A stretch of 60,121 bases of DNA from an uncultured Candidatus Kuenenia sp. (GCA_964578555.1 CAZODJ010000001.1:11661-71781), one strand, 5' to 3'. Counted from the stretch's first letter, positions 17,762 to 27,611 are shown. Notes: generated by a model from the letters alone, not told the origin. Made by a program: numbers and translations.

Positions 17762-19495
17762 ATGAACGGTCTCTCTCCCGCGAATCACCTCCTGCTCGTC
17801 ATCCTCATGCCACTGGTGGGCGCGGTCGTCGCCTGGCTGATGGGCAGTCGCGGGCAGCAGGCGGTCCGTCAAAGTGCGGCATTCACGGCCGTTGCCACGC
17901 TCATCGCCGCCGGCTGGCTCGTCATCCGGTTTCTCGCCCGGCCCGCCGGCCTTTCAGCCCTCGAGCCCTTCGCAGTCATCGAGGTGCCGTGGCTCGTGGA
18001 AGGCATGTTCGACATCCGCCTGTCGCTCGGCCTCGACGGCCTGTCGATCTGGCTCTTCGGGCTCTCCGCCCTGCTCTCGCTCACGGCTGTACTGGTGAGC
18101 TGGGATGCGATCAAGGAAAAGCCGGTGGGCTTCTATGGGCTCCTGCTCCTCCTCGAGGCGGCGATGCTCGGCGTCTTCGCGGCCCGCGACATCATCCTGT
18201 TTTACGTGTTCTTTGAGTTCACCCTCGTGCCGCTCTTCTTCCTGATCGGCATCTGGGGGCATGACGAACGGCGGAAGGCGGCCGTGAAATTCTTCGTCTA
18301 CACGCTCGCTGGCAGTGTGCTTTCCTTTCTGGGACTGCTGGCGATCGTGCTCTGGCATGCCTCGCAGACCGGCACGATCACGTTCGACATCGCGGGCCTC
18401 ACCGCAGGGCTCCAGGCCCATCCGCTCCCGATGACCGCGGAAGGGGGCTGGCTGCAATGGCTCGTGTTTCTGGCCCTCTTCGCCGGATTTGCCGTGAAGG
18501 TTCCGATCGTGCCCTTCCACACCTGGCTGCCGCTGGCCCACGTCGAGGCGCCGACCGGCGGCAGCGTCGATCTGGCGGGCGTACTCCTCAAGATCGGCAT
18601 CTACGGCTTTCTGCGATTCTCACTGCCGATGCTGCCTGAGGCATCGGCGGCCGCCGCGCCGTGGCTCGTTGGCCTGGGCGTGTTTGGCATCCTCTACGGG
18701 GCGCTTGTGGCGCTCGTCCAAACCGACCTCAAGCGGCTGATCGCCTATTCGTCGGTGAGCCACATGGGCTACATCGTGCTCGGCCTCTTCGCGCTCGAAC
18801 CCGTTGCCGTGGAGGGAGCCAACCTGCAGTTGATCAACCACGGCCTCTCGTCAGCTGGCCTCTTCGCGCTGGTCGGCATGATCTATGAACGGTTTCACAC
18901 CCGCAGCATCGCCAATCTGGGAGGCATCGCCGCCAAGGCGCCCTGGCTCACGGTGCTCTTCCTGCTCTTCACCTTTTCGAGCATCGGTCTGCCGGGCCTC
19001 AACGGGTTCGTGGGAGAGTTCATGATCCTCGCCGGCTCGTTCCAGCGGGCCTGGGCCGGTGTGGCCGAGTCGTTCTTCCGGCCCTACCTCTTCATGGCCG
19101 TGTCGGCCGTGGTCGGCGTGGTGCTCGGTGCCTGGTACATGTTGTGGGCGGTGGAGCGGGTGTTTTTCGGCCCGTCGCGTGAGCCGCCTCGCAGCCACTC
19201 CAACGATGGTCACGGCAGCCATGCCCATCACCACGGTGTCCATGACGACGCCGACCGCTGCGACCTCCGCTGGCATGAGGCGGCCGCCCTGCTGCCTTTG
19301 GCCGTGTTCGTGGTCTGGATCGGCGTCATGCCACAGACGTTTCTGAGTCCGGCTGCCCCGGCCATCGAGCAGTCGGCCCGCGCCGCCCGCGAGGCCTTTG
19401 CCGACCGTATGAATCTGCCGCCACAGGATCACGCAGCCGGATCGAGCATCGCTGCCACCTCCTCTTCCCTCCCGCCCTCGCCACCCACGCCATGA
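17762..19495 (+). CDS. nuoM: NADH-quinone oxidoreductase subunit M
   Basis: Starts at the inner ATG at 17762 (MNGLSPANHLLLV). Motifs: PFHTWLPLAHVEAPT and IAYSSVSHMGY. Has a His/Pro-rich C-terminal tail. Confidence 0.9.
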   Translation: MNGLSPANHLLLVILMPLVGAVVAWLMGSRGQQAVRQSAAFTAVATLIAAGWLVIRFLARPAGLSALEPFAVIEVPWLVEGMFDIRLSLGLDGLSIWLFGLSALLSLTAVLVSWDAIKEKPVGFYGLLLLLEAAMLGVFAARDIILFYVFFEFTLVPLFFLIGIWGHDERRKAAVKFFVYTLAGSVLSFLGLLAIVLWHASQTGTITFDIAGLTAGLQAHPLPMTAEGGWLQWLVFLALFAGFAVKVPIVPFHTWLPLAHVEAPTGGSVDLAGVLLKIGIYGFLRFSLPMLPEASAAAAPWLVGLGVFGILYGALVALVQTDLKRLIAYSSVSHMGYIVLGLFALEPVAVEGANLQLINHGLSSAGLFALVGMIYERFHTRSIANLGGIAAKAPWLTVLFLLFTFSSIGLPGLNGFVGEFMILAGSFQRAWAGVAESFFRPYLFMAVSAVVGVVLGAWYMLWAVERVFFGPSREPPRSHSNDGHGSHAHHHGVHDDADRCDLRWHEAAALLPLAVFVVWIGVMPQTFLSPAAPAIEQSARAAREAFADRMNLPPQDHAAGSSIAATSSSLPPSPPTP

Positions 19496-21219
19496 CCACA
19501 TCCCTCGAAACCTTCAAGCTTCTCGCTCCTGAGATCGCGCTCATCGTTGCGGCGCTGGTCGCCTTGCTGGGAGCGGCCTTCGCTGGGCTCCGCAGCGGCT
19601 GGCTGGTGGCGTTGATCGGCATTGCCGCGGCCATGGGTCTGGCAGGGGGCCTGCCAGCCGGTGGCACGTCGATCATCTCGGGGCCGATCACGATCGACGG
19701 GTTTTCGAGTTACGTTCGCTGGATCGTGCTCGTTGCGGGAGGCATCCTCGCGCTCGTGCAAGGGGGCGACCTGTTTCGTTCGGCTGTCGTCCGCGGCAGC
19801 GGCCTGTCCCGTGGCGGCACCTGCGAAGAAGCGGGCACGTTTCTCATCCTGCTGGCCGGCCTTTCACTCGTCGGCATCGCCAATGATCTCGTGCTCCTCT
19901 TCATCGGCCTGGAACTCATCTCGATCCCCACCTACATCCTGCTCGCTCTCAAGCGGACCGACGCCCGCGGCCAGGAGGCGAGCCTCAAATATTTCTTTTT
20001 GTCACTCGTGGCTTCGGCGGTGTTCCTCTATGCCGCCACCTGCTTCTACGGCCTCGGTGGCTCGACGAGCCTGCCGGCGATCGGCGATGCCCTGCGATCC
20101 TCCGACCCACGACTCACGGGGATGGCGGTCGTGCTCTTGCCCGTCGCCGTCGGCATGGCGATGGCCGGTGCCGCCTTCCGGATGGCGGCCGTGCCGATGC
20201 ACTTTTACGCCCCCGACGTGTATGAGGGGACAAGCCCCGGCAATGCGGCAGTGCTGTCCACGCTTCCCAAGGTGGCCGGCATCGTCGTGCTGGCCCGTGT
20301 GCTCGGCCTGGCAATCCAGCCGCTGGGCATCGCGGGCGAGATTGGTCCAGCGGCGCAGATCCACCTCTCCTTTCTCTGGCATCTGGCCGCCATTCTCGCC
20401 GCGATCACGATGACAGTCGGCAACGTCATGGCGCTGGTGCAGACCAACCTCCGCCGGCTCCTGGCCTGCTCGTCGATCGCGCATGCCGGCTATCTGCTCG
20501 TCGGGATCGCCGTGGCCGCGGCCGCGGCCACCACGCGGGCCGAGCGGCCCGTCGATGGCGCGGCTGCAGCCGACACGATGTGGACGATCGGCCTCGGCGG
20601 CATGTCGGCCACGCTTCTCTACATCGCCACCTACGTCGTGGCGACGGCCGGCGTCTTCGCCGCGCTCGCCTACCTCGGCCACGTGTGGCCAGAGTGGTCC
20701 AGCGGCAGCGGGCCACGGCCGCCCCGCGAGGAGATCGCCGATGTCGATGATCTCAACGGCCTGTCCTCCACCAATCCCGTCGCTGCCTTCTCGCTGGCCC
20801 TGTTCCTGCTGTCACTGGCCGGCATCCCGCCGCTGCCCGGATTCTGGGGCAAGCTCACGCTCGCGACGGCAGCGCTCGAGGTCGATTGGACGAGCCCTGT
20901 CACGTTCGGCAGCCGGCGGGCCTGGTTCGTGGCGCTCGCCATCATCCTCGTGCTCAACGCGGCGATCGCGGCGGCCTATTACTTGAGGATTATCGCCGCG
21001 ATGTATTTCCGCTCGACGAAGAAGGGGGTCCAGGCGGACGGTGGCCTGGCAGCCGGCGTCGGCATGCTGGTCTGCCTCGTGCTCGTGCTTATGATCACGG
21101 TGCAGCCCAAACGGCTCTTCACCCCGGCCATGCGGGCCGGGGCAGCGGCGACAAATGTCCTTACGGCCGCCGATGAACCTGCGGCCGTTGACGAAGCCCG
21201 CCTCGCCCAAGCCGACTGA
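19492..21219 (+). CDS. nuoN: NADH-quinone oxidoreductase subunit N
   Basis: ATGA overlap with nuoM. Motifs: PMHFYAPDVYEGTSP and LACSSIAHAGY. Confidence 0.9.
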   Translation: MTTSLETFKLLAPEIALIVAALVALLGAAFAGLRSGWLVALIGIAAAMGLAGGLPAGGTSIISGPITIDGFSSYVRWIVLVAGGILALVQGGDLFRSAVVRGSGLSRGGTCEEAGTFLILLAGLSLVGIANDLVLLFIGLELISIPTYILLALKRTDARGQEASLKYFFLSLVASAVFLYAATCFYGLGGSTSLPAIGDALRSSDPRLTGMAVVLLPVAVGMAMAGAAFRMAAVPMHFYAPDVYEGTSPGNAAVLSTLPKVAGIVVLARVLGLAIQPLGIAGEIGPAAQIHLSFLWHLAAILAAITMTVGNVMALVQTNLRRLLACSSIAHAGYLLVGIAVAAAAATTRAERPVDGAAAADTMWTIGLGGMSATLLYIATYVVATAGVFAALAYLGHVWPEWSSGSGPRPPREEIADVDDLNGLSSTNPVAAFSLALFLLSLAGIPPLPGFWGKLTLATAALEVDWTSPVTFGSRRAWFVALAIILVLNAAIAAAYYLRIIAAMYFRSTKKGVQADGGLAAGVGMLVCLVLVLMITVQPKRLFTPAMRAGAAATNVLTAADEPAAVDEARLAQAD

Positions 21220-21226
21220 TACCACC

Positions 21227-22324
21227 ATGAGCACCACTCCCGACGAGGCGGCCATCCACGCCGCTCTTGCTGACTTCGCCGATCCTGAGACCGGCCGCCC
21301 GCTCACGGAGATGGGCCAGTTGCGGAGCGTCGGCTACGGTTCCGGCTCGATCGCCGTCGCCGTCGGCCTCACGACGCACTCGGCAATTCTCTGGAACCAG
21401 ACCCGCGGCCGCATCGAGGAGTCGCTGCGGTCGCGGTTTCCGCAGGTGCCATCCGTGAGTGTCACGATCGTGCCGCACGACAGGCCGCCCGGGAAACTCG
21501 GCCAGATCGGGGTCGAAGCCAAGAGCGTGATCGCGGTGGGAAGTGGCAAGGGGGGCGTGGGCAAGAGCACGATCGCTGCGAGCATCGCCATCGGTTTGGC
21601 CCGGGCCGGCAGTCGCGTGGGCCTGCTCGACGCCGATGTCTACGGGCCGAGCGTGCCCCACCTGCTCGGCCTCACCGGCCGCCCCGCCATCGACCAGGGC
21701 AAGATCGTGCCGATGATGCACGCTCCCGGTGGCCACGCCACGCAGCCGATGCCGGTGATGTCGATGGGATTCATGGTGCCGCCCGGTGAGGCCGTGGTCT
21801 GGCGGGGGCCGATGCTCCATGGCGCGATCACGCAGATGCTGCGCGACACGCTCTGGGGCCCGCTCGACTATCTCGTCATCGACATGCCGCCGGGCACGGG
21901 CGACATCGCGCTCACGCTCTCGCAGGCGCTGCCACTCACCGGCGCCGTCGTCGTCTGCACGCCGCAGGACGTGGCCCTGCTCGACGCCACGAAGGCGATC
22001 GCGATGTTTCGGAAGGTGAATATCCCGGTACTCGGCATGGTGGAGAACATGAGCTTCTTCATCTGCCCCGACACGCAGAAGCGGTACGACATCTTTGGCA
22101 CCGGCGGCGCGAAGCGGACGGCCAAGGATCTCGAGATCCCGTTTCTCGGCGAGGTGCCGCTCCAGATCCCGATCCGCGAGCATGGCGACGCGGGCAAAAC
22201 GTCGGCCAATTTTGATGACCCGGCGGCCCGGCCCTATCTGGAGGCGATCTGCACCCGGCTGGTCGGCAATCTTGCCGCCGCCCACGCCTCCCGCCCCCCG
22301 ATGCCGTCGCTCCCGGTCCTCTGA
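21227..22324 (+). CDS. apbC: Mrp/ApbC/NBP35-family iron-sulfur cluster carrier ATPase
   Basis: Starts at the inner ATG at 21227, 8 nt after the nuoN stop. It has an N-terminal DUF59-like segment, the deviant Walker A GSGKGGVGKSTIA, and DMPPGTGD. The C-terminal segment ENMSFFICPDTQKRYDIFG has only one Cys where the family CxxC normally sits. Confidence 0.85.
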   Translation: MSTTPDEAAIHAALADFADPETGRPLTEMGQLRSVGYGSGSIAVAVGLTTHSAILWNQTRGRIEESLRSRFPQVPSVSVTIVPHDRPPGKLGQIGVEAKSVIAVGSGKGGVGKSTIAASIAIGLARAGSRVGLLDADVYGPSVPHLLGLTGRPAIDQGKIVPMMHAPGGHATQPMPVMSMGFMVPPGEAVVWRGPMLHGAITQMLRDTLWGPLDYLVIDMPPGTGDIALTLSQALPLTGAVVVCTPQDVALLDATKAIAMFRKVNIPVLGMVENMSFFICPDTQKRYDIFGTGGAKRTAKDLEIPFLGEVPLQIPIREHGDAGKTSANFDDPAARPYLEAICTRLVGNLAAAHASRPPMPSLPVL

Positions 22325-22350
22325 CCCACCGACCGGCCTATCCTGCGACG

Positions 22351-24198
22351 ATGACTTCCGGCACCGAATTATCGCCTCAACAGCTCGGCACGGGCAGAGT
22401 TGTTGTCAATGTTGCCGCCTATCTGTTCACCCCGCTCGACAGGCTGGCCGAGCGACGGGAGGAACTGCGATCACTCTGTAAGACCGAGCACCTCAAGGGC
22501 ACGATTCTGTTGAGCCCGGAAGGCATTAATCTGTTCGTGGCCGGTTCTCGGGACGGTATCAACAGTCTGATCAGCCGGCTGCGAAGCGATCCGCTGATGG
22601 CGAGCCTGAAGACCAAAGAAAGTGTCAGTGACCGCCAGCCCTTCCGGCGGCTGCTGGTGAAGGTGAAGAAAGAGATTATCGCTTTTGGTGTGCCTGGCGT
22701 GACACCGGCAACGTACGCATCGAAGAAACTCCCTGCCAAAGAACTCAAGCAGTGGCTCGACGAGGGCCGCCCCGTGACGTTGCTCGATACCCGGAACGAC
22801 TACGAGGTTCGCCTGGGGACGTTTGCCGGTGCGCAGCCGATCGGGATCGACCATTTCCGTGATTTCCCAGCGGCCGTTCGGAAACTCCCAGAGGCAATGA
22901 AGCACCGGCCGATCGTCATGTTCTGCACCGGAGGCATCCGCTGTGAAAAGGCGGGGCCGTTCATGGAGCAGGAAGGATTCCAGCAGATCTATCAGCTGGA
23001 TGGCGGCATTCTGAAGTATTTTGAAGAGTGCGGCGGCGAGTATTACGACGGCGACTGCTTCGTGTTTGACCAGCGAGTCGCCGTCAATCCGCAGCTTGAA
23101 GAGACGGCTGCCACCCAGTGCTTCGCCTGCCAGTGCCCACTGACCGTGGAAGACCAGCAGTCGGAACACTATGTCTACGGTGCGTCGTGCCCCTTTTGCC
23201 GGAAGCCGGCCGGTGGAGCAGCTCCTGTTTCACTCGCCACGCGAAAGGCAGCGCTCGCGGCTGTCGCGGATCCTCTTCCCGGAGCAGGCCCGTACATGAA
23301 TACACGGCCGCTCAATGTGCCGGCACAGTACGATCACCGAAGACTCATCGACCTTCTCTGTGGCCTCCACCCCCACATTCCTCACGAGGAGTGGCTACGG
23401 ATCATCGACGAAGGTCTGATTTGTGATCAGCGGGGGCCGCTGACCGCGGCGACGATTGTCCGCAGTGGACAGCGATTGAATCGGCTCGAGCCCAACGTGA
23501 TGGAGCCGGCGGTCAATGCGGCGATTGGTATCCTGGCCTGGGAAAACGACTACGTCGTTTTTTCCAAACCCGCTCCCTTACCGATGCACCCTTGCGGTCA
23601 GTTTCACCGCAACAGCATGACCCACCTGTTGAGCCTGGCCTTTCCGGATGAGCGACTCTCGCCGGCCCATCGTCTCGACTCCAACACGACTGGTGTCGTG
23701 GTGTTTTCACGAAGCCGTCAGGCAGCAACGATGATCCAGCGGCAATTCGAGCAGGGCACGGCAGAAAAAACCTATCTCTGTCGAGTCGTGGGGCAGCCTG
23801 TCTGGGATGCAACAGTGTCGCGGCAGCCAATCTCCTCCCAGCCGGCAGAGCATGGCTTTCGGGTTGTTGACGAAGTGCACGGTGATTCTGCGGAGACGGC
23901 ATTCCGTGTGCTGCATCGGTTTCCGAACGGGGAAACGCTCATCGAAGCCATGCCACGCACGGGACGGACGAATCAGATTCGTGTGCATCTGTGGGATCTG
24001 GGATACCCGATCGTGGGTGACCCGGTCTATCTGGCGGAGAGGCAGCTTGGAAATCGGCAGACGCTCGCCCCAACTGACCCGCCAATGTGCCTCCACGCGT
24101 GGCGATTGGCGTTTCAGCCCGCCGCTGGTCTGTCTCGGGTAACGTATGAAGCCGCCCCTCCCGCCTGGGCTGATCACGCAATGCACCAGCCCCTCTGA
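22351..24198 (+). CDS. fusion protein: TrhO/YceA-type rhodanese-domain tRNA hydroxylase (N) + RluA-family pseudouridine synthase (C)
   Basis: N-terminal half: a UPF0176/TrhO-like region (ILLSPEGINLFVAG), the rhodanese active-site loop FCTGGIRCEKA, and the Cys cluster CFACQC..CPFC. C-terminal half: RluA motifs HRLDSNTTGVVVF (catalytic Asp) and PRTGRTNQIRVHL. Confidence 0.75.
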   Translation: MTSGTELSPQQLGTGRVVVNVAAYLFTPLDRLAERREELRSLCKTEHLKGTILLSPEGINLFVAGSRDGINSLISRLRSDPLMASLKTKESVSDRQPFRRLLVKVKKEIIAFGVPGVTPATYASKKLPAKELKQWLDEGRPVTLLDTRNDYEVRLGTFAGAQPIGIDHFRDFPAAVRKLPEAMKHRPIVMFCTGGIRCEKAGPFMEQEGFQQIYQLDGGILKYFEECGGEYYDGDCFVFDQRVAVNPQLEETAATQCFACQCPLTVEDQQSEHYVYGASCPFCRKPAGGAAPVSLATRKAALAAVADPLPGAGPYMNTRPLNVPAQYDHRRLIDLLCGLHPHIPHEEWLRIIDEGLICDQRGPLTAATIVRSGQRLNRLEPNVMEPAVNAAIGILAWENDYVVFSKPAPLPMHPCGQFHRNSMTHLLSLAFPDERLSPAHRLDSNTTGVVVFSRSRQAATMIQRQFEQGTAEKTYLCRVVGQPVWDATVSRQPISSQPAEHGFRVVDEVHGDSAETAFRVLHRFPNGETLIEAMPRTGRTNQIRVHLWDLGYPIVGDPVYLAERQLGNRQTLAPTDPPMCLHAWRLAFQPAAGLSRVTYEAAPPAWADHAMHQPL

Positions 24199-24348
24199 GC
24201 CAGGCGGTGTCGTATGAGACTGCAGAACTTCAAGCACACGATTCGCCGTGGCCCACATGCGGCAGGACGTCGGATCCATCGCGGATGCGAGGTGGGTCGA
24301 TTCCGACCGCCCGATGGCCGCCTTGAATACGCCCGTGACGGAGCCCGC

Positions 24349-25209
24349 TCAATACAGCCACGCCCGCAGGGCATCCCGGCCACGATAGGCCGGCTGCGGT
24401 GTGAAGAGTGGCACGTGTGCAAGCGATCGGACCTCGGCGGCTCGTGAGCCAAGCATCGCCCACCGGGCAAGGCCCGCCCGCCCGACGCTCGACGCCGGAC
24501 CACAGCCCCAGGCGTCGCAGGCACGGTGCCAGAGCGTGTCGAGACAGCGGCGACGGACGTGCATCGCGTCGAGGCCGTACCAGTCGCCCGGCTGATCGAG
24601 TACGGCCGCGCCATGCTCGGCGGCGGCAGTCACGACCTCGGCATCGAGTCGCTCGACCGCGTCTTTCAAAGCATCAAGCGAAAGCGGGCAGCCCGGCACG
24701 TAGAGCGTCCGCAGCGCCCGGTACTGCAGCGGGCCTACACGGTCCACGCTTGCCAGTGGCAGCCGGGTGACGGCGACCGTCGCACCCCGCGCGGAGAGCC
24801 GGGCCAGGCTCTCCCGCACCCACTCTGCCACCTGCTCAACCGAGAATCCGTAGAGCAGGTCATTGCCGATATCGGTGACGAGGGCCTGCAACGGCCGGCC
24901 GTCACCGACCCCCTCGCGATCGAGCGCCCGCCAGAGACCAGAGCCGAGGATCGACGGCAGCCGTCGCATCAGCACGCGACTATTGGCCCCGTATGACCGG
25001 CCATGACCGGCCGCGACAAAGAGGTCGACCGGGCCCGGCTGCCGCGCGGTCGCCACCGCCACCAGCCGCGCCAGTCCGCGGGAGACGTTGCTCGCCCCGA
25101 GCACCACCACCGCCGCTCCGCCTTCCAGAGATGTCACCGGCGATGGCTGCTCAGAGCCGTCGCGCGGTGCCGATAGGGCCCGCATCGTGTGATCGCCGAA
25201 CTCGCGCAT
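24349..25209 (-). CDS. SGNH/GDSL-like hydrolase family protein
   Basis: 286-aa ORF. Block-like motifs are present: VVVLGASNV (Ser nucleophile block), TDIGNDLLYG, and WYGLDAMHV (DxxH). Confidence 0.5.
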   Translation of the reverse strand: MREFGDHTMRALSAPRDGSEQPSPVTSLEGGAAVVVLGASNVSRGLARLVAVATARQPGPVDLFVAAGHGRSYGANSRVLMRRLPSILGSGLWRALDREGVGDGRPLQALVTDIGNDLLYGFSVEQVAEWVRESLARLSARGATVAVTRLPLASVDRVGPLQYRALRTLYVPGCPLSLDALKDAVERLDAEVVTAAAEHGAAVLDQPGDWYGLDAMHVRRRCLDTLWHRACDAWGCGPASSVGRAGLARWAMLGSRAAEVRSLAHVPLFTPQPAYRGRDALRAWLY

Positions 25210-25292
25210 GATCCCAGGGTAGCAAAGAGCGGCAACGCGATCATCGTTCGACTCAACGACCAGGCGATGGCTGTGGTAGGGCGTTGATCGTT

Positions 25293-26582
25293 CTACCGAG
25301 CGAGTTTCTGCCCGAGGTCCCGCAGCTTCCCTTGGAGGCTTGCGATATCAATCTGTTGGACAGGAAGGCGGCCGGCTACGGCCATGGCGGCCGCGACTCC
25401 GGCTGATTCCCCGAGAATCATCCACACCGGCTCCATGCGAATCGAGGTCATCGCGATATGGCTGGCTGACAGGCAGACCGGCACCAGCAGATTGGTGCAC
25501 TGCTGCTGCCGGGGCACGATCGCCCGATAGGGAATCTTGTAAATTCCTCGATGAACCTCATCCAGCGTGAGCATCGAATAGTAGCCGCCCGCAAGGGCCA
25601 CCTTGCCGTCGAGTGGATAGGTGGCATAGGGCCATTCATCGACGCCGTACGAGGCCAAGCCCACGGAGTCGTCAGGGTCGGTCCTGCCCTCCATGTCGGC
25701 CTGGGTCACCACGGTGGATGCCTGCATCCGGCGGGCTTCCCGCACGTAGAGCTGATGCGGATAGCCCGCGGTGTCATCGAAGATGCCCGGTTCGAGGCCG
25801 ATGGAATGAGCGGCGGTTTTCCACTTCTCGTTGACCAAGGGATCCATCCGCATGAAGTGGGTCAGCCCACGGACAAAATTCTGCTGCTCCTTCCAGATGC
25901 GGGCACGGGTCGCGTAGTCGCCATCGGGATACGCGGCGTTGCTCCCAAATGCCGTGGCCGCCCAGAGAGCTCGGGAGAGGTTGCCCGTGCCAATCTGGAA
26001 GGGATTTCCACTGGCATCCTCGAAGACTCCGAGCTTCCGCATCCTCCGGCCGATGAACATGTTGATGCCGTCCCGGAAGCCACGACGGTAGACCTCGAAC
26101 AGCCGCGGGTCGTAGTCATCGGGAGCATCCAGCGGCAACTGATCGGGCTGCTTGCTGTACTTCCAACGAAAGCCGTAGCCCACGGTGAGCGAATCGGCCG
26201 CACCGATGGGCCGATCGGGCATCTCCTGCAGCAACGGCAGGAGCCCGCTTTCAGGCCTTCCCGGCTCGAGATAGGGATCGATGTCATACACGGCCAACGG
26301 CTCCTGCACGCCGGCCAGCGACTCGCCATAGGTCTCGCGAGCCTCCCGGCCGAATGTGTAGCTGACGCCCGCGCGGGCCATCAGGTCGCCTTCGTACGAG
26401 CAGTCGACAAAGACCTGGGCGTTGACCTGCAGGGCCTCGGACAGCGTGGGCTCGGCAACCGGGCAGCCCAGCCGGTCGGGCGGGGCCTCCTCCAGAACGA
26501 TGCTTCTGATGGTCGCCTCTCGGCAGTCCACCGCCTGCACGCGATGCTCGAAGACCACCGTCACGCCATACTTCTCGAGCAA
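25293..26582 (-). CDS. FAD-dependent oxidoreductase, 5'-degraded (probable pseudogene or frameshifted gene)
   Basis: The 429-aa ORF begins at a TTG. Its C-terminus (SASHIAMTSIRMEPVWMILGESAGVAAAMAV) is typical of the FAD_oxidored/xanthan-lyase-like family. The expected N-terminal GxGxxG Rossmann segment is missing. Remnants (KIAFVERR, MTGGGLSHIDWG, GGTTRGIL) lie upstream in two different frames between 26590 and 26760. Confidence 0.6.
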   Translation of the reverse strand: MLEKYGVTVVFEHRVQAVDCREATIRSIVLEEAPPDRLGCPVAEPTLSEALQVNAQVFVDCSYEGDLMARAGVSYTFGREARETYGESLAGVQEPLAVYDIDPYLEPGRPESGLLPLLQEMPDRPIGAADSLTVGYGFRWKYSKQPDQLPLDAPDDYDPRLFEVYRRGFRDGINMFIGRRMRKLGVFEDASGNPFQIGTGNLSRALWAATAFGSNAAYPDGDYATRARIWKEQQNFVRGLTHFMRMDPLVNEKWKTAAHSIGLEPGIFDDTAGYPHQLYVREARRMQASTVVTQADMEGRTDPDDSVGLASYGVDEWPYATYPLDGKVALAGGYYSMLTLDEVHRGIYKIPYRAIVPRQQQCTNLLVPVCLSASHIAMTSIRMEPVWMILGESAGVAAAMAVAGRLPVQQIDIASLQGKLRDLGQKLAR

Positions 26583-26778
26583 GGCCGCAAAGGCTCGCCG
26601 GTACTCGGGGTCGTTGCATCCCTGCTTGAGAATGCCGCGTGTTGTGCCCCCACCGCCTCCTGCTGCCCCCAGTCAATGTGGCTCAGCCCGCCGCCAGTCA
26701 TCACGCCGCTCCACGAAGGCTATTTTAGGAATCCAGCCCCCGCTACTAGCCTGATGGCTAATCTGCCACGGAATCCTC

Positions 26779-27549
26779 TCAGGGCCACCGCCCTCCGCCG
26801 GAGAGCGTCTGGTAGCACGACACCGCCAGCATCGCGAACATGATGCCGAGGTAGGGCTCACCTTGAGTGTAGGCGACCCAGGCCAACACGCCCCCCACGC
26901 CCACGCCAAGGATGTTGGCAATGCGGGCCGCATCAGGCACACCGATCGTAAGCAGCCCCTCGCGCACCATCTGACCGCCATCGAGCGGCGGCACGGGCAT
27001 GAGGTTCAGAAGCGGCCAGAAGATGTTGACCTGCAGCAGAAAGTACATGAGTGCGAAGAGCAACGGCGACTCAATCCGGTCGCCGTCATACAGACCCAGT
27101 CGGCTCCCGATCGCTTGGATCGGAAACGGCACGGCATACCCGGCCATCTTGAGCACGGCGATGAGCACGGCGACGAACATGAGTTGCGCAAACGGACCGG
27201 CCGCCGACACGAGAAACTGCTGCTGTGGCAGCCGCGCCCCACGGCGGCCCCAGAGCGTCGGCACCGTGAGGCCGCCAAAGTGATAGAGCACGACCTGCGT
27301 GGCCTGCCCGAAGAAGCGATAGACGAGGGCGTGGCCCATCTCGTGGATGAGGATCGAGATGAAGACAGCACCGATCCAGAGGATCAGGTAGCGGAGAAGC
27401 GCCTGCTGATCACCGGCCGCGAATGCCTGGCTGATGCCCCAGCCGAGTAAACCCGCGGCCAGCCAAAACCAGACCGACACGCGGACGGGAATCCCGGCGA
27501 GTGAAAATCTCAGATCGGCGGGCGTCGGCTGCGGTTCGGCGAGAAGCAT
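26779..27549 (-). CDS. M50 family (site-2 protease-like) membrane metalloprotease
   Basis: 256 aa and polytopic. It carries the HExxH motif LIHEMGHALV and the second M50 signature NLMPVPPLDGG. Confidence 0.75.
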   Translation of the reverse strand: MLLAEPQPTPADLRFSLAGIPVRVSVWFWLAAGLLGWGISQAFAAGDQQALLRYLILWIGAVFISILIHEMGHALVYRFFGQATQVVLYHFGGLTVPTLWGRRGARLPQQQFLVSAAGPFAQLMFVAVLIAVLKMAGYAVPFPIQAIGSRLGLYDGDRIESPLLFALMYFLLQVNIFWPLLNLMPVPPLDGGQMVREGLLTIGVPDAARIANILGVGVGGVLAWVAYTQGEPYLGIMFAMLAVSCYQTLSGGGRWP

Positions 27550-27611
27550 CGCGACATTATGCCGACTGTGGTGATTCGTGGCCTTGGGAAAAAAACTGCT
27601 GGCCCAGCGAC

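Noticed and set aside
25551-26843. 430-aa plus-strand ORF
   Set aside because: It is antisense to the FAD-dependent oxidoreductase and the M50 gene end. No motif, and a shadow-type composition.
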